Shown here: positions 9,100-17,728 of the stretch, one piece after another
Layout: every line of letters starts with the position of its first letter
How positions within the stretch are numbered: position 1 is the stretch's first letter
Origin: Gammaproteobacteria bacterium
GTDB lineage: Bacteria; Pseudomonadota; Gammaproteobacteria; SZUA-229
DNA: 64,000 bases
Direction: 5' to 3'
Assembly: GCA_029881795.1 (NCBI GenBank)
Contig: JAOULX010000014.1
Location: 5,209 to 69,208, forward strand
The notes under the pieces: generated by a model
What the model was told of the DNA's origin: nothing
Database searches by the model: none
Seen by the model: the letters and a program-made list of their open reading frames with translations, nothing else
Translations under genes and position numbers: made by a program

Positions 9100-9855
9100 A
9101 TGTCTAAAAGAAATGCCTTTCTGATACATCTTGCTATCAGTATTCTGGTATTTAGTGTTTTATTAATGCTTATTATCTATGTCTGGTATCCGGCACCTTA
9201 TTTCGATATGAGCTATCGTATCGGTTGGATCAAACTGATCGCTTTTGTTGATGTTGTAATAGGGCCGGGTTTGACCTTACTGGTCTATAAAGCCGATAAA
9301 CCCAGTCTTCGATTTGATATGTCGGTGGTTGTGATTTTGCAGGTCACGGCATTGACGTGGGGCGTCTGGAATGCGTGGTCGGTACACCCGCGGCTGAATG
9401 TTTATTTTGACAGTCAGGTCTATTGTTTGGACTCTGCTGAGCTGAACGTTTCAGGATTTGAGCAGACTCTGGTAAGCAGTCCAATGCCGGCTAAATTAAT
9501 GACCATATTGCCTTATCCAGAAAGCCCAGAGCAAAAGCTTGATTACTTATCAAAAGCCAGCGGAGGGCGTTCAATGGTATATTTCCTGGGGCAGAAATAT
9601 CAGCTAGCCGATCAGGAAATGACCTCGCAACTGGATCAGGATCAGTCAGGTTTTGTCGCCGTGGCAACGGCGAATGAGCACAATAAACAGCAGTGGAATC
9701 GCTTTTTATCAGAATCTGGAGAGATCAACCCGGACTGGCGATATTATCGCTTTAATTGTATTGAAGATCAGCGAACTATAGTATTTAACCGCAGCTCTAA
9801 CAAAATTGAAGCAGTACTAGATATTGCACTGCCAGTTAGCTGGGAATTTCAATAA
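9100..9855 (+). CDS. membrane-anchored protein, possibly TfpX/TfpZ-like type IV pilin accessory family
   Basis: 251 aa. N-terminus KRNAFLIHLAISILVFSVLLMLIIYVWYPAPYF resembles my recollection of TfpZ/FimB accessory proteins. The family call is tentative. Confidence 0.45.
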   Translation: MSKRNAFLIHLAISILVFSVLLMLIIYVWYPAPYFDMSYRIGWIKLIAFVDVVIGPGLTLLVYKADKPSLRFDMSVVVILQVTALTWGVWNAWSVHPRLNVYFDSQVYCLDSAELNVSGFEQTLVSSPMPAKLMTILPYPESPEQKLDYLSKASGGRSMVYFLGQKYQLADQEMTSQLDQDQSGFVAVATANEHNKQQWNRFLSESGEINPDWRYYRFNCIEDQRTIVFNRSSNKIEAVLDIALPVSWEFQ

Positions 9856-9935
9856 TTTACTAAAAGATAGACCCAAATGAACAGACATGCGTTTAAAGAT
9901 TATAAGCAGATAAATGTTGTTGGTTGTCAGTTTTT

Positions 9936-10565
9936 ATGATGATACCGACAATAAAAAAAGCCCGTTCGGGCCTGGTGACTGATGATCAAATAGATCTTAA
10001 GGAATCGGCTCAGGATTTGTCGCTGCAAGAAAGCAGTGATGAAGCATTAATGCAGGCTTATGCTAAAAATGATCAGCTGGCATTTAATGTTTTGTATGAA
10101 CGTTACCGGCTGTCACTGTACCGCTACATGTTTAAGCAAACCAGCATGCCGGAAGCGGTATTGAACGAGTTATATCAGGATGTCTGGTTAAAGTTAATTA
10201 ATAGTCGTAGCCAGTATCAGGTTAAGGCGAGCTTTAAAACTTTTTTATACCAGATTGCCAACAACACATTAAAGGATTATTACAGGCGAGAATCAGTGCG
10301 TTCAATCATGTCGAACCTTGAGGATGATACACAGATTCAGGATAAGGCAAAATTGCCTGATGACAGATTGCAGGAAAATGAGCTGATGGAAAAGTTCAGG
10401 CAAGCTTTAAATGAGTTGCCGCAGGATCAGCGAGATGTGTTTTTATTGAGAGAAGAGGCCGGCCTGACTTCTGTACAAATAGCAGAGGTTATGCAGGTGA
10501 GTTTGGATACTGTTAAAAGCCGGATGCGTTACGCCGTTTCCAGGCTTAAAGAGATCATTGATTAG
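9936..10565 (+). CDS. ECF-type sigma-70 family RNA polymerase sigma factor
   Basis: Region 2 (AFNVLYERYRLSLYRYM, YQDVWLKL) and region 4 (LPQDQRDVFLLREEAGLTSVQIAEVMQVSLDTVKSRMRYA). ORF opens at TTG 9924. Confidence 0.85.
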   Translation: MMIPTIKKARSGLVTDDQIDLKESAQDLSLQESSDEALMQAYAKNDQLAFNVLYERYRLSLYRYMFKQTSMPEAVLNELYQDVWLKLINSRSQYQVKASFKTFLYQIANNTLKDYYRRESVRSIMSNLEDDTQIQDKAKLPDDRLQENELMEKFRQALNELPQDQRDVFLLREEAGLTSVQIAEVMQVSLDTVKSRMRYAVSRLKEIID

Positions 10566-11023
10566 TGACTATTATGAGCCAGAACTCAGAACAACAAAGA
10601 CTGCTTAGTGAAGCCTATCAGTCAGCAAAGGCTGCAGACAACATGATTGTGCCTATGGCAAAGACTGATGTCATTATCTTGCAGGCTGCGGCGCAGGCAG
10701 TTGCTACTGCCGGTTTTAAACAAAAGCGGTTTATGTTGCCGTTGTCAGCTGCAGCAAGCATTTTAATAGTGGCTGGAGTGGTCTTGAAAATAGCTGTTTT
10801 TAGTAATGACCCAGCGCTAAGCAGCGCTGTTACAGTGAACAAAAAACAGCCTATGTATATGTTGCAGCGCTCAAAGCACAGCGCAGAAGAAATTATGCTG
10901 CAACAGATTAACCTGCTGCTTGATCAGGGTGAAAGCGCTCAGGCTCGCAGCTTGTACAAAAAGTTTCTCGATCTTTATCCGCACTATGATGTCAGTGCCG
11001 GGTTGAGAGAAAAACTGCAATAG
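10565..11023 (+). CDS. putative membrane-anchored anti-sigma factor
   Basis: Start overlaps the sigma stop (TAGTG). 152 aa with a single TM (LPLSAAASILIVAGVVLKIAVF). Position after an ECF sigma gene. Confidence 0.5.
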   Translation: MTIMSQNSEQQRLLSEAYQSAKAADNMIVPMAKTDVIILQAAAQAVATAGFKQKRFMLPLSAAASILIVAGVVLKIAVFSNDPALSSAVTVNKKQPMYMLQRSKHSAEEIMLQQINLLLDQGESAQARSLYKKFLDLYPHYDVSAGLREKLQ

Positions 11024-11028
11024 AGCGA

Positions 11029-11080
11029 CCTGTGTAATCCATGATTTTTTTTCCAGCAAGAAAGTCATGTATTACACAGG
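11029..11080. terminator. bidirectional hairpin between convergent genes
   Basis: 16-bp stem CCTGTGTAATCCATGA / TCATGTATTACACAGG (one mismatch) with a T-rich loop start. Confidence 0.55.
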
Positions 11081-11097
11081 AAGCTGTAATGCTTTAT

Positions 11098-12117
11098 TCA
11101 GAACGTGATGATAGTCTCAAGAAAAAGCTGCCTGATAGCATCAGTATTGAGCTGTCTGTTAGTTGTGATCAGTTCAATTCGGTTATCTCTTCGGTAAGAT
11201 GATTCAGTGACTTCTGTGTGCTGTTCAAGCGCATTAAATCCATACCAGTATCGGTGGCAATTCAGTACGGCTTTTAAACGGATAAGCGACAACTCCGCGT
11301 TATTAAAAAGATCATTAATAAAACATAAGCTCTGTTTTCGATTAAATGTCACAGAGGCTGGAAAAATATAACCAAAGCTGAGATAGTCATCAGTCATTGA
11401 TTTAAAACATTCTATTGATAAATTTTTGAATTCGTATATTTCTGATTCAGCCTGATAATGCTCGGCTACAGTGGCGATGTTGAGATTGTCTGAGTTATCA
11501 GTGTGATGGCTAAGCCATTTGATATCAAACCGGCCTTGTGAAGATGGCAGAATGATTTTTTTGGCGGGATAGAAAGAATTAAGGTAATGCCGGGCATTAT
11601 CGATATATTCGCCATCAGCCAGGTCCATTTTATTGAGTACGATAATGTCGGCTAATTGAGTTTGTTGGCTGAAACTGTCAGAAAAAACCGGAGATCTGTC
11701 ACTCTTGTTCTGATATGAATGATCAAAAAGATTGATGTCGATCAGGCAGATAACTGACTGTATGTGAATCACATTCTTTAAATATTCGCCGCGCAGTAAA
11801 TCAATGACGCCAGCTGCATGACCGAGGCCGGTGGTTTCGATAATGATGCGATCTGGCTTGTATTGCCGGATTAGTTGCGTGATTGATACATTCAGCTGAG
11901 TCTGTGCAGCGCAACAGATACAGCCACCGGCTATTTCAGTAATACGCAGGTTGTCCGGGTTGTCAGCAGTCAACAGCGCCGCATCGATACCTATCTGGCC
12001 AAATTCGTTAACGATAATGGCCCAGTTTTCATCGACAGGCTTGTGCTTTATAAGCTGCCTGATAGCTGTGGTTTTACCGCTGCCCAGACGGCCTATGATC
12101 AGATTTGTAGCAATCAT
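11098..12117 (-). CDS. COG0523/CobW-family metal-chaperone GTPase
   Basis: P-loop GRLGSGKTT, metal motif GCICC, ETTGL, NKMD, and a CobW-C-like C-terminal half. Confidence 0.85.
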   Translation of the reverse strand: MIATNLIIGRLGSGKTTAIRQLIKHKPVDENWAIIVNEFGQIGIDAALLTADNPDNLRITEIAGGCICCAAQTQLNVSITQLIRQYKPDRIIIETTGLGHAAGVIDLLRGEYLKNVIHIQSVICLIDINLFDHSYQNKSDRSPVFSDSFSQQTQLADIIVLNKMDLADGEYIDNARHYLNSFYPAKKIILPSSQGRFDIKWLSHHTDNSDNLNIATVAEHYQAESEIYEFKNLSIECFKSMTDDYLSFGYIFPASVTFNRKQSLCFINDLFNNAELSLIRLKAVLNCHRYWYGFNALEQHTEVTESSYRRDNRIELITTNRQLNTDAIRQLFLETIITF

Positions 12118-12310
12118 ATGTATTTTAAAACGTATTTGAGGTGAGTCAGCATTTGTTGCTGAATAACTGCTATTATAGAGATAATTGTAGCGGGATAGTG
12201 ATTTGTTTCACAGATTGGTATCGGTCAGCAAACTACTATTGAAAATAGCGGATAAAGACAGGTAAAATTTTGTATGTTCAGCATCAGGACGCTAGTTAAA
12301 GTGGGGAAAA

Positions 12311-13063
12311 ATGAATACTAAACGAATCTTATTATTACTGCTTGGAATGACGCTGCTGCAGCCAGTGTTGACAAATGCTGAGGGTTTTCGCGGCCGAATT
12401 GTTAAGTATGAAGGCAATGTTGAGGTCTTAACAGAAGCTGGTGAGCGAGTTACGCCGGAAAAACACAATAATCTGGTTTCTGCTTCAGAGACGATTATTA
12501 CTAAGCTGGCAAGTAAGGCAGTTATCGAATTTAGTGACGGTTCCATTGCGGTGCTTAATGAGAGCAGCTCCTTACTGGTTGAGAAAACTGAATGGCTGTC
12601 TCAGTTAGGCGGAAAAATATATTTTGCGTTTAAAAAGGTCTTTGGTAAAAAGCCAAGGAAAATCAAAACCAGCTTTGTAACGCTGGGAATCCGTGGTACC
12701 AGTTTTATTATAGATTCAGACGCAGGTAAAGAGGCCGTTGCATTACAGGAAGGCTTGCTGAATGTAGAGTCACCAGGAGAGGATTTTGAGCTGCATAAAC
12801 CTAAGCCTGCCGATGACTTTGCGTCATTTATGCAACAGCAACAGGAACAGGCGAATAAAGTTAAAGATGAATTTGCAGACTACAAAAAACAGATCAAAGA
12901 AGAGTTTGTTGAGTATGTCAAAGAGTTCACGCTGGAACCAAATAAGATGATCAGTTTTAATGGAAACCGTGTTGATGAGACGGAAATTTCTGATAATTTA
13001 CGCGGTGACTTTGGTTCGCTAGAAGAGTTTGCCGGTGACCTTATTAATGAATATAAAAACTAA
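12311..13063 (+). CDS. secreted FecR-domain protein
   Basis: Signal peptide (LLLLLGMTLLQPVLTNA). FecR-like core (G.V.V.....G...I.T...S.AVIEFSDGS...L...S, LGIRGTSFI). K/E-rich C-terminus. Confidence 0.7.
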   Translation: MNTKRILLLLLGMTLLQPVLTNAEGFRGRIVKYEGNVEVLTEAGERVTPEKHNNLVSASETIITKLASKAVIEFSDGSIAVLNESSSLLVEKTEWLSQLGGKIYFAFKKVFGKKPRKIKTSFVTLGIRGTSFIIDSDAGKEAVALQEGLLNVESPGEDFELHKPKPADDFASFMQQQQEQANKVKDEFADYKKQIKEEFVEYVKEFTLEPNKMISFNGNRVDETEISDNLRGDFGSLEEFAGDLINEYKN

Positions 13064-13081
13064 CTGATACTGGTTATCTAT

Positions 13082-13120
13082 CAGCCGGCAAACAGTGTAT
13101 CAGATGCTGTTTTCTGGCTG
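13082..13120. terminator. hairpin between convergent genes
   Basis: CAGCCGGCAAACAG / CTGTTTTCTGGCTG gives 12 Watson-Crick pairs, one G-U and one mismatch, followed by ATTGTTTTC. Confidence 0.45.
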
Positions 13121-13155
13121 ATTGTTTTCAGAAAGCAATCTTCGGTTTCACTTTG

Positions 13156-14082
13156 TTATTCTTCCATTAATCTGGCCTTAAGAGCGGGAAACCCATCAAG
13201 CCCCTGTATGCCGCCACTATGGATCGCCAGTATCCTAGAGCCTGCTCGGAAATAGCCTTTTTTAATCAGATCAAAAATGGCAAATAGCATTTTACCGGTA
13301 TAAACCGGTTCCAATAAAATATCATGCTGCTGTTTGAAATAAACAATGAAATCCTCCAGTTCTATCGTGCTGCGCCCGTATCCACCAAAATGATAATCGC
13401 ATTGTAGTGACCAGTTAGAAAACTGTTCGGTTGTCTGCTCGCTATCAAGAAACTTATTGATCTCGGTATATATAAAATCTGCACCTTTTAAAACCGGAAA
13501 ACCAATAAATTGTTTCGAATTATTAAGGCCTTTTATCAATCCGGCGGCAGTACCACCGGTACCACAGGCACAGCAGATGATGTCATAATTTTGAGGCAGG
13601 CTGTGCGCATAGTCTGCACATGAATCGATAGCGAGCGTGTTAGTGCCGCCTTCAGGCAGAATATAGACTGGTTGGAAGGGTTGGGTGATTGCCTGATGTT
13701 TATGGTTCTGGGTTATCTCGCGGTACAGTTGTCGGTCAACAAAATGCAGCTGCATCCCGGCACTTATTGCGAATTTAAGGGTAGGGCTGTAGTTGACAGG
13801 TTCCGGGCCTCTTATAATGCCAATGGTTTCAAAGCCATAACGCTGGCCGGCAGCAGCTGTTGCATAGATGTGATTACTGAAACAGCCGCCAAATGTAAGT
13901 AGTTTTTTGAAGCCCTGCTGTTTTGCTAGTTCAAGATTTGGTTTCAGTTTTAGCCATTTGTTACCCTGTATGGCAGCATCATTCAGGTCTTCTCTTTTAA
14001 TCGAAAGCTGAATTTTGGCCTGTTGAATAAAGGGTTCATTTATTGCCTGAATCGGACAGTTTTGTGGTGGCTGAGTAGTTAT
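13156..14082 (-). CDS. PLP-dependent D-cysteine desulfhydrase / ACC deaminase-family enzyme, no canonical start codon
   Basis: My hand translation upstream of the listed Met 13755 stays open and reads ..PIQAINEPFIQQAKIQLSIKREDLNDAAIQGNKWLKLK..LLTFGGCFSNHIYATAAAG..IGIIRG (PLP-Lys motif). There is no in-frame ATG/GTG/TTG between the stop at 14113-14115 and 13755. The only start-like codon is ATA at 14080-14082. Confidence 0.7.
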   Translation of the reverse strand: MTTQPPQNCPIQAINEPFIQQAKIQLSIKREDLNDAAIQGNKWLKLKPNLELAKQQGFKKLLTFGGCFSNHIYATAAAGQRYGFETIGIIRGPEPVNYSPTLKFAISAGMQLHFVDRQLYREITQNHKHQAITQPFQPVYILPEGGTNTLAIDSCADYAHSLPQNYDIICCACGTGGTAAGLIKGLNNSKQFIGFPVLKGADFIYTEINKFLDSEQTTEQFSNWSLQCDYHFGGYGRSTIELEDFIVYFKQQHDILLEPVYTGKMLFAIFDLIKKGYFRAGSRILAIHSGGIQGLDGFPALKARLMEE

Positions 14083-14498
14083 TTTGCGACCACATGAATC
14101 ACATGAGAATACTCAAAAAAAACAGTGCGGTCAGGGTAGACCCAGCGCGTGATTGGCGGCTTGCCGACTGCCGGAAAGCGTGTGCTTGGCTGGCCCAGCT
14201 CACTCAAAACTTTTTCCATAGACATACCGCGTATAGGAAAACTGATGATGGCTGTTTTTGGTATTGTCAGAGATGTTGCCGGTACGTCTGTTGATGGCTG
14301 ATCCGGGATGCTATCTGCTTGTTGTGCAACTGGCGCTGCAATATTGGATTGCGGTGAATACTCAGACGGATGTTGTGTGCTCGTGTTCGTATCAGCATCG
14401 GCCTCAGCTGGCCGATTAGCAGAGCAGGGCAAAGATAGTAAAAATAAGCAGCAGATGAAAATAAGGCGCATATTGGTCATGATTTGATCCGTCAACAT
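14079..14498 (-). CDS. secreted hypothetical protein
   Basis: Signal peptide MRLIFICCLFLLSLPCSA, then a P/S/T/Q-rich linker and a small C-terminal domain. The start could be an internal Met (14480 or 14471). Confidence 0.5.
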   Translation of the reverse strand: MLTDQIMTNMRLIFICCLFLLSLPCSANRPAEADADTNTSTQHPSEYSPQSNIAAPVAQQADSIPDQPSTDVPATSLTIPKTAIISFPIRGMSMEKVLSELGQPSTRFPAVGKPPITRWVYPDRTVFFEYSHVIHVVAK

Positions 14499-14657
14499 TG
14501 TCGATTAAGTATATTGTATATTGATTGGGCTGTGATTGCAGTGTTTGAATTTGTCTCAAAACTGTAAAATCACCGTGATAGTCTATAATGAAAACTGAAG
14601 TATTTAAAAAAATTATTAAAAAACATTAAATTTTTGGCTGACTACGGGTTTGTTGTG

Positions 14658-15644
14658 ATGAAAAATATTAAATTTATTCATCTGCTTGTTTCTTTTACCG
14701 TCATATTTATTACTGTTCCGATATGCCACGCTGAGCTCTCAGCGAATTTGCTAAATCAGGCAAAAAAAGGCAAGGCAAGTGCGCAATATGCAGTTGCACG
14801 TTCTTATGAGCTGGGTAAGCGTGTTAAAAGCGATAAGGCGAAGGCTATTGAGTGGTATACAAAAGCAGCAGATCAGGGGCATGCAGAATCGGGTTATCGG
14901 CTGGGTCTGATTTATTATAAAGGCATAGGTGGTTTTAAAACGAACCCGCCCAAGGCTTTTCACTATCTTTCAATGGCGGCGAAGGCTAACCATAAAAGAT
15001 CACAGGCGCATCTGGCAGAAATGTATGAAAATGGCGAGGGTGTAAAACAAAATGATGTTATGTCTGATTACTGGTATGAACAGGCTTTTACCTCAAGTAC
15101 GCAGCCATTGTCACAATATTTAGCTAACACTAATAAGCAGTCTGTCGTGATTGAACCTGTTGTTAATAAGAACAAGGCAGTAAAACAGCAAGCTGCGCCG
15201 GTATCAGTCAAGACAGCAGTAAGCAGTTATCACTTTCCACAGTCAATCATTAACAAAAACTGGTTTCAGGGTAGCAACCCTTCAATGTATCTGCAATCAA
15301 CGGGCAGTAAATGTAAACTCAAAAATGGAAATATAGAGTGTGTGTCTGGAAAATTAAAAACATTGCTTAGAACCGGGTTTTATAAATTCAAGGTCAAATC
15401 AATTATTTCACGTGGTGACAGTGATAAAAGTATTAAGGTTGTTTATCGAAAACTATATACATCAGTGCCAACGGAGGCTGTCGATGCCTATGCTGACGAT
15501 GAAGCGACTAGTGCTGGCACAGACAAGATTTCCATTGGCTGGGAGAAGAAAAGCCATTCATTTTCCTGTGTGTTTGAAACGGATAATTCTCTGCTTTGCC
15601 GTCCGGTTGGTGAAGATGCGTTTTATATAAAAAGTCGTTTTTAA
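14658..15644 (+). CDS. Sel1-repeat (TPR-like) secreted protein
   Basis: Signal peptide, then three Sel1 units (AQYAVARSYELGKRV..KAIEWYTKAADQGHAESGYRLGLIYYKG.., AHLAEMYENGEGV). ORF opens at TTG 14634. Confidence 0.8.
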   Translation: MKNIKFIHLLVSFTVIFITVPICHAELSANLLNQAKKGKASAQYAVARSYELGKRVKSDKAKAIEWYTKAADQGHAESGYRLGLIYYKGIGGFKTNPPKAFHYLSMAAKANHKRSQAHLAEMYENGEGVKQNDVMSDYWYEQAFTSSTQPLSQYLANTNKQSVVIEPVVNKNKAVKQQAAPVSVKTAVSSYHFPQSIINKNWFQGSNPSMYLQSTGSKCKLKNGNIECVSGKLKTLLRTGFYKFKVKSIISRGDSDKSIKVVYRKLYTSVPTEAVDAYADDEATSAGTDKISIGWEKKSHSFSCVFETDNSLLCRPVGEDAFYIKSRF

Positions 15645-16106
15645 TCAGTCAAACTGACGGATGACACCGGAGACAATTCCCAGTACATGTACTTCATCGT
15701 GTTTGAAATACATGGCCTTCATGTCGGGATTTGCCGGCTGCAAACGGATACCGTTTTCTTCGATATAAAATTTCTTTAAGGTTACCTGATCACCCTGTAT
15801 CAGTGCGACGACAGACTGACCGTTTTCTGCAGTTTCGGTTTTATTAATGATGATAATATCGCCGTCGACGATATTGTCATCAATCATTGATTCTCCTCTG
15901 ACCTGTAATGCATAGGTGTTTTTACGTACCATATTGGCTGGCACATGAATTTTTTCCTGTTGCATGATTCGTTCGATAGGAGAGCCAGCGGTAATCGTGC
16001 CTAATAAAGGAATCTCTAGCAGTTCTGCCGTGTCACCATCGAGTTGCTCGAGTGTAGGCGACCAAACTGGGCGTGTATTTTTAAATAAGGGGTATATATT
16101 GTCCAT
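15645..16106 (-). CDS. S24 peptidase, LexA C-terminal/UmuD-like, without DNA-binding domain
   Basis: 153 aa with Ala-Gly cleavage site ITAGSP, catalytic Ser in RGESM and Lys in VTLKKF. Only ~40 residues precede the cleavage site. Confidence 0.8.
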   Translation of the reverse strand: MDNIYPLFKNTRPVWSPTLEQLDGDTAELLEIPLLGTITAGSPIERIMQQEKIHVPANMVRKNTYALQVRGESMIDDNIVDGDIIIINKTETAENGQSVVALIQGDQVTLKKFYIEENGIRLQPANPDMKAMYFKHDEVHVLGIVSGVIRQFD

Positions 16107-16110
16107 CTTT

Positions 16111-16137
16111 ATATCCAGTACTTTGATTACTGGATAT
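16111..16137. promoter_or_regulatory. perfect 10-7-10 inverted repeat just upstream of the S24 peptidase start
   Basis: ATATCCAGTA ctttgat TACTGGATAT, 5-31 nt upstream of ATG 16106. Confidence 0.45.
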
Positions 16138-16182
16138 GTTTAACATACAGAATTAATAAAATCAAATAAGTAGCTGATTTTA

Positions 16183-17325
16183 TTAATCTAGTATGGCTTT
16201 GTTATCGTGAATATAGAGTCGTAAATCACCGCTAAGAAAGCGTTTTATGCTGTCACCTACGAGAATTTTTCGCCAGCCCTGATAAAGCAGGCTTTCAGTA
16301 TCTCCGCCGATGAGTTTAATCAGATCTTTTTTGCTGCAAATGAAAGCAGGGCTAATATTGTTTTTGGCAGCTTTGAGCTGGACAATGGCCGACAGGATAT
16401 CAACAATAGCCGACTCTTCGGTGCTTGGTTTGTGTTTGCGGGCGAAACGAGGCCACTCGTCTTCCGGTTTGCTCAGGCCACTGTGAACACAATTCAGTAA
16501 TTCTTGCAGTTCATTGTCAGACAAGCGCGGATTGATTTGACGAATCTCTTTAAGTGCAACAACTGTTTCGGGTTGTTGGTTAGCTATATCGACGATAACA
16601 TCGTCAGACATGACGCGTTTGCGCGGTATGTTTCGTTTGATAGCCTGTGCTTCCCGCCAGGCGGCTAATTCCTGCACAATCGAGAGTTTATTAGCAGGCA
16701 GTCGACTCGCCGATCTGATTTTTTTCCACATCAAGCGCGGATTTACCTGATAGCGGGAATTGTCAGTGAGTTGCTCAAAATCATCAGCTAACCACTCTGT
16801 TCGATCAAGTTGCTTTAGTTTGTCCTGCATCACGGGGTAAATCTGTGCCAGGAAGATGACATCACTGGCAGCGTAGGAGAGCTGTTTCTGATTGAGCGGA
16901 CGTCTGGTCCAGTCTGTTCGTGTTTGTGATTTATCGACTTCAATATCCAGAATATTTTTTACCAGATTAGCATAGCCAATTTGTTCACCATAACCGAGTA
17001 ATGATGCGGCAATCTGAGTATCAAAAATTGGTTTCGGTAATTTACCCTGAAGATTATAAAAGATTTCATAATCTTGGCTGGCAGAGTGCAGAACTTTAGT
17101 GATAGCCGGGTTATTAATAAGTTCAAAAAAGCTATCAAGATTATCAATAGCTATCGGGTCAATGATATAAGTCAATGACTCATTGGCAACCTGAATTAAA
17201 GCCAGTTTTGAATAATAGGTTTTTTCGCGCAAAAATTCTGTATCAACAGCAAGGAATGGGCTGCCTGCAAGGGCGTCACAGCAATCCTGTAGCTGCTGCT
17301 GGTTGCTAACAGTTATGTAGTTCAT
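16183..17325 (-). CDS. rnd: ribonuclease D
   Basis: 380 aa with DEDDy exonuclease motifs (AVDTEF, ALIQV, HSASQDYE, YAASDV) and an HRDC region. Confidence 0.9.
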   Translation of the reverse strand: MNYITVSNQQQLQDCCDALAGSPFLAVDTEFLREKTYYSKLALIQVANESLTYIIDPIAIDNLDSFFELINNPAITKVLHSASQDYEIFYNLQGKLPKPIFDTQIAASLLGYGEQIGYANLVKNILDIEVDKSQTRTDWTRRPLNQKQLSYAASDVIFLAQIYPVMQDKLKQLDRTEWLADDFEQLTDNSRYQVNPRLMWKKIRSASRLPANKLSIVQELAAWREAQAIKRNIPRKRVMSDDVIVDIANQQPETVVALKEIRQINPRLSDNELQELLNCVHSGLSKPEDEWPRFARKHKPSTEESAIVDILSAIVQLKAAKNNISPAFICSKKDLIKLIGGDTESLLYQGWRKILVGDSIKRFLSGDLRLYIHDNKAILD

Positions 17326-17708
17326 TATTTAGGCCCTAATAGTTCAATCTGATATCCATCAGGATCTTCAATAAACGCAATGATAGTATTGCCTGCGTTC
17401 ATAGGTCCTGCTTCTCTGAGTATTTTTCCGCCCTGCTGGCGAATAGTTTCGGTAGCCGTGTACACATCATCGACTTCAATCGCAAGGTGACCAAAACCAT
17501 TGCCTATATCATAGGAGTCGGTGTCCCAGTTATGGGTTAATTCTATCGCAGTGTGTTCTGACTCGCTGCCGTAGCCGATGAAAGCTAAAGTGAACTTGCC
17601 TTGTGGGTAATCTTTTTTTCGTAATAGCGTCATACCCAGTATTTCGGTATAAAATGCAATCGATTTGTCAAGATTAGCTACCCGTAGCATTGTGTGTAAA
17701 AATCGCAT
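17325..17708 (-). CDS. gloA: lactoylglutathione lyase (glyoxalase I)
   Basis: 127 aa with MRFLHTMLRV.NLDKSIAFYTEILGM, ELTHNW and GFGHLA motifs. Confidence 0.9.
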   Translation of the reverse strand: MRFLHTMLRVANLDKSIAFYTEILGMTLLRKKDYPQGKFTLAFIGYGSESEHTAIELTHNWDTDSYDIGNGFGHLAIEVDDVYTATETIRQQGGKILREAGPMNAGNTIIAFIEDPDGYQIELLGPK

Positions 17709-17728
17709 GGTACTGTCCTTTTCAAATA

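Noticed and set aside
12118-12310. Zur box expected upstream of the COG0523 GTPase.
   Set aside because: The best candidate, GCTATTATAGAGATAATTGTAGC, is not palindromic when reverse-complemented and matches GAAATGTTATANTATAACATTTC poorly.
16107-16182. Canonical gammaproteobacterial SOS box (CTG-N10-CAG) upstream of the S24 peptidase.
   Set aside because: The only CTG...CAG pair has a 15-nt spacer. The perfect palindrome present has its half-sites in the opposite orientation, so I report it as an unassigned operator instead.
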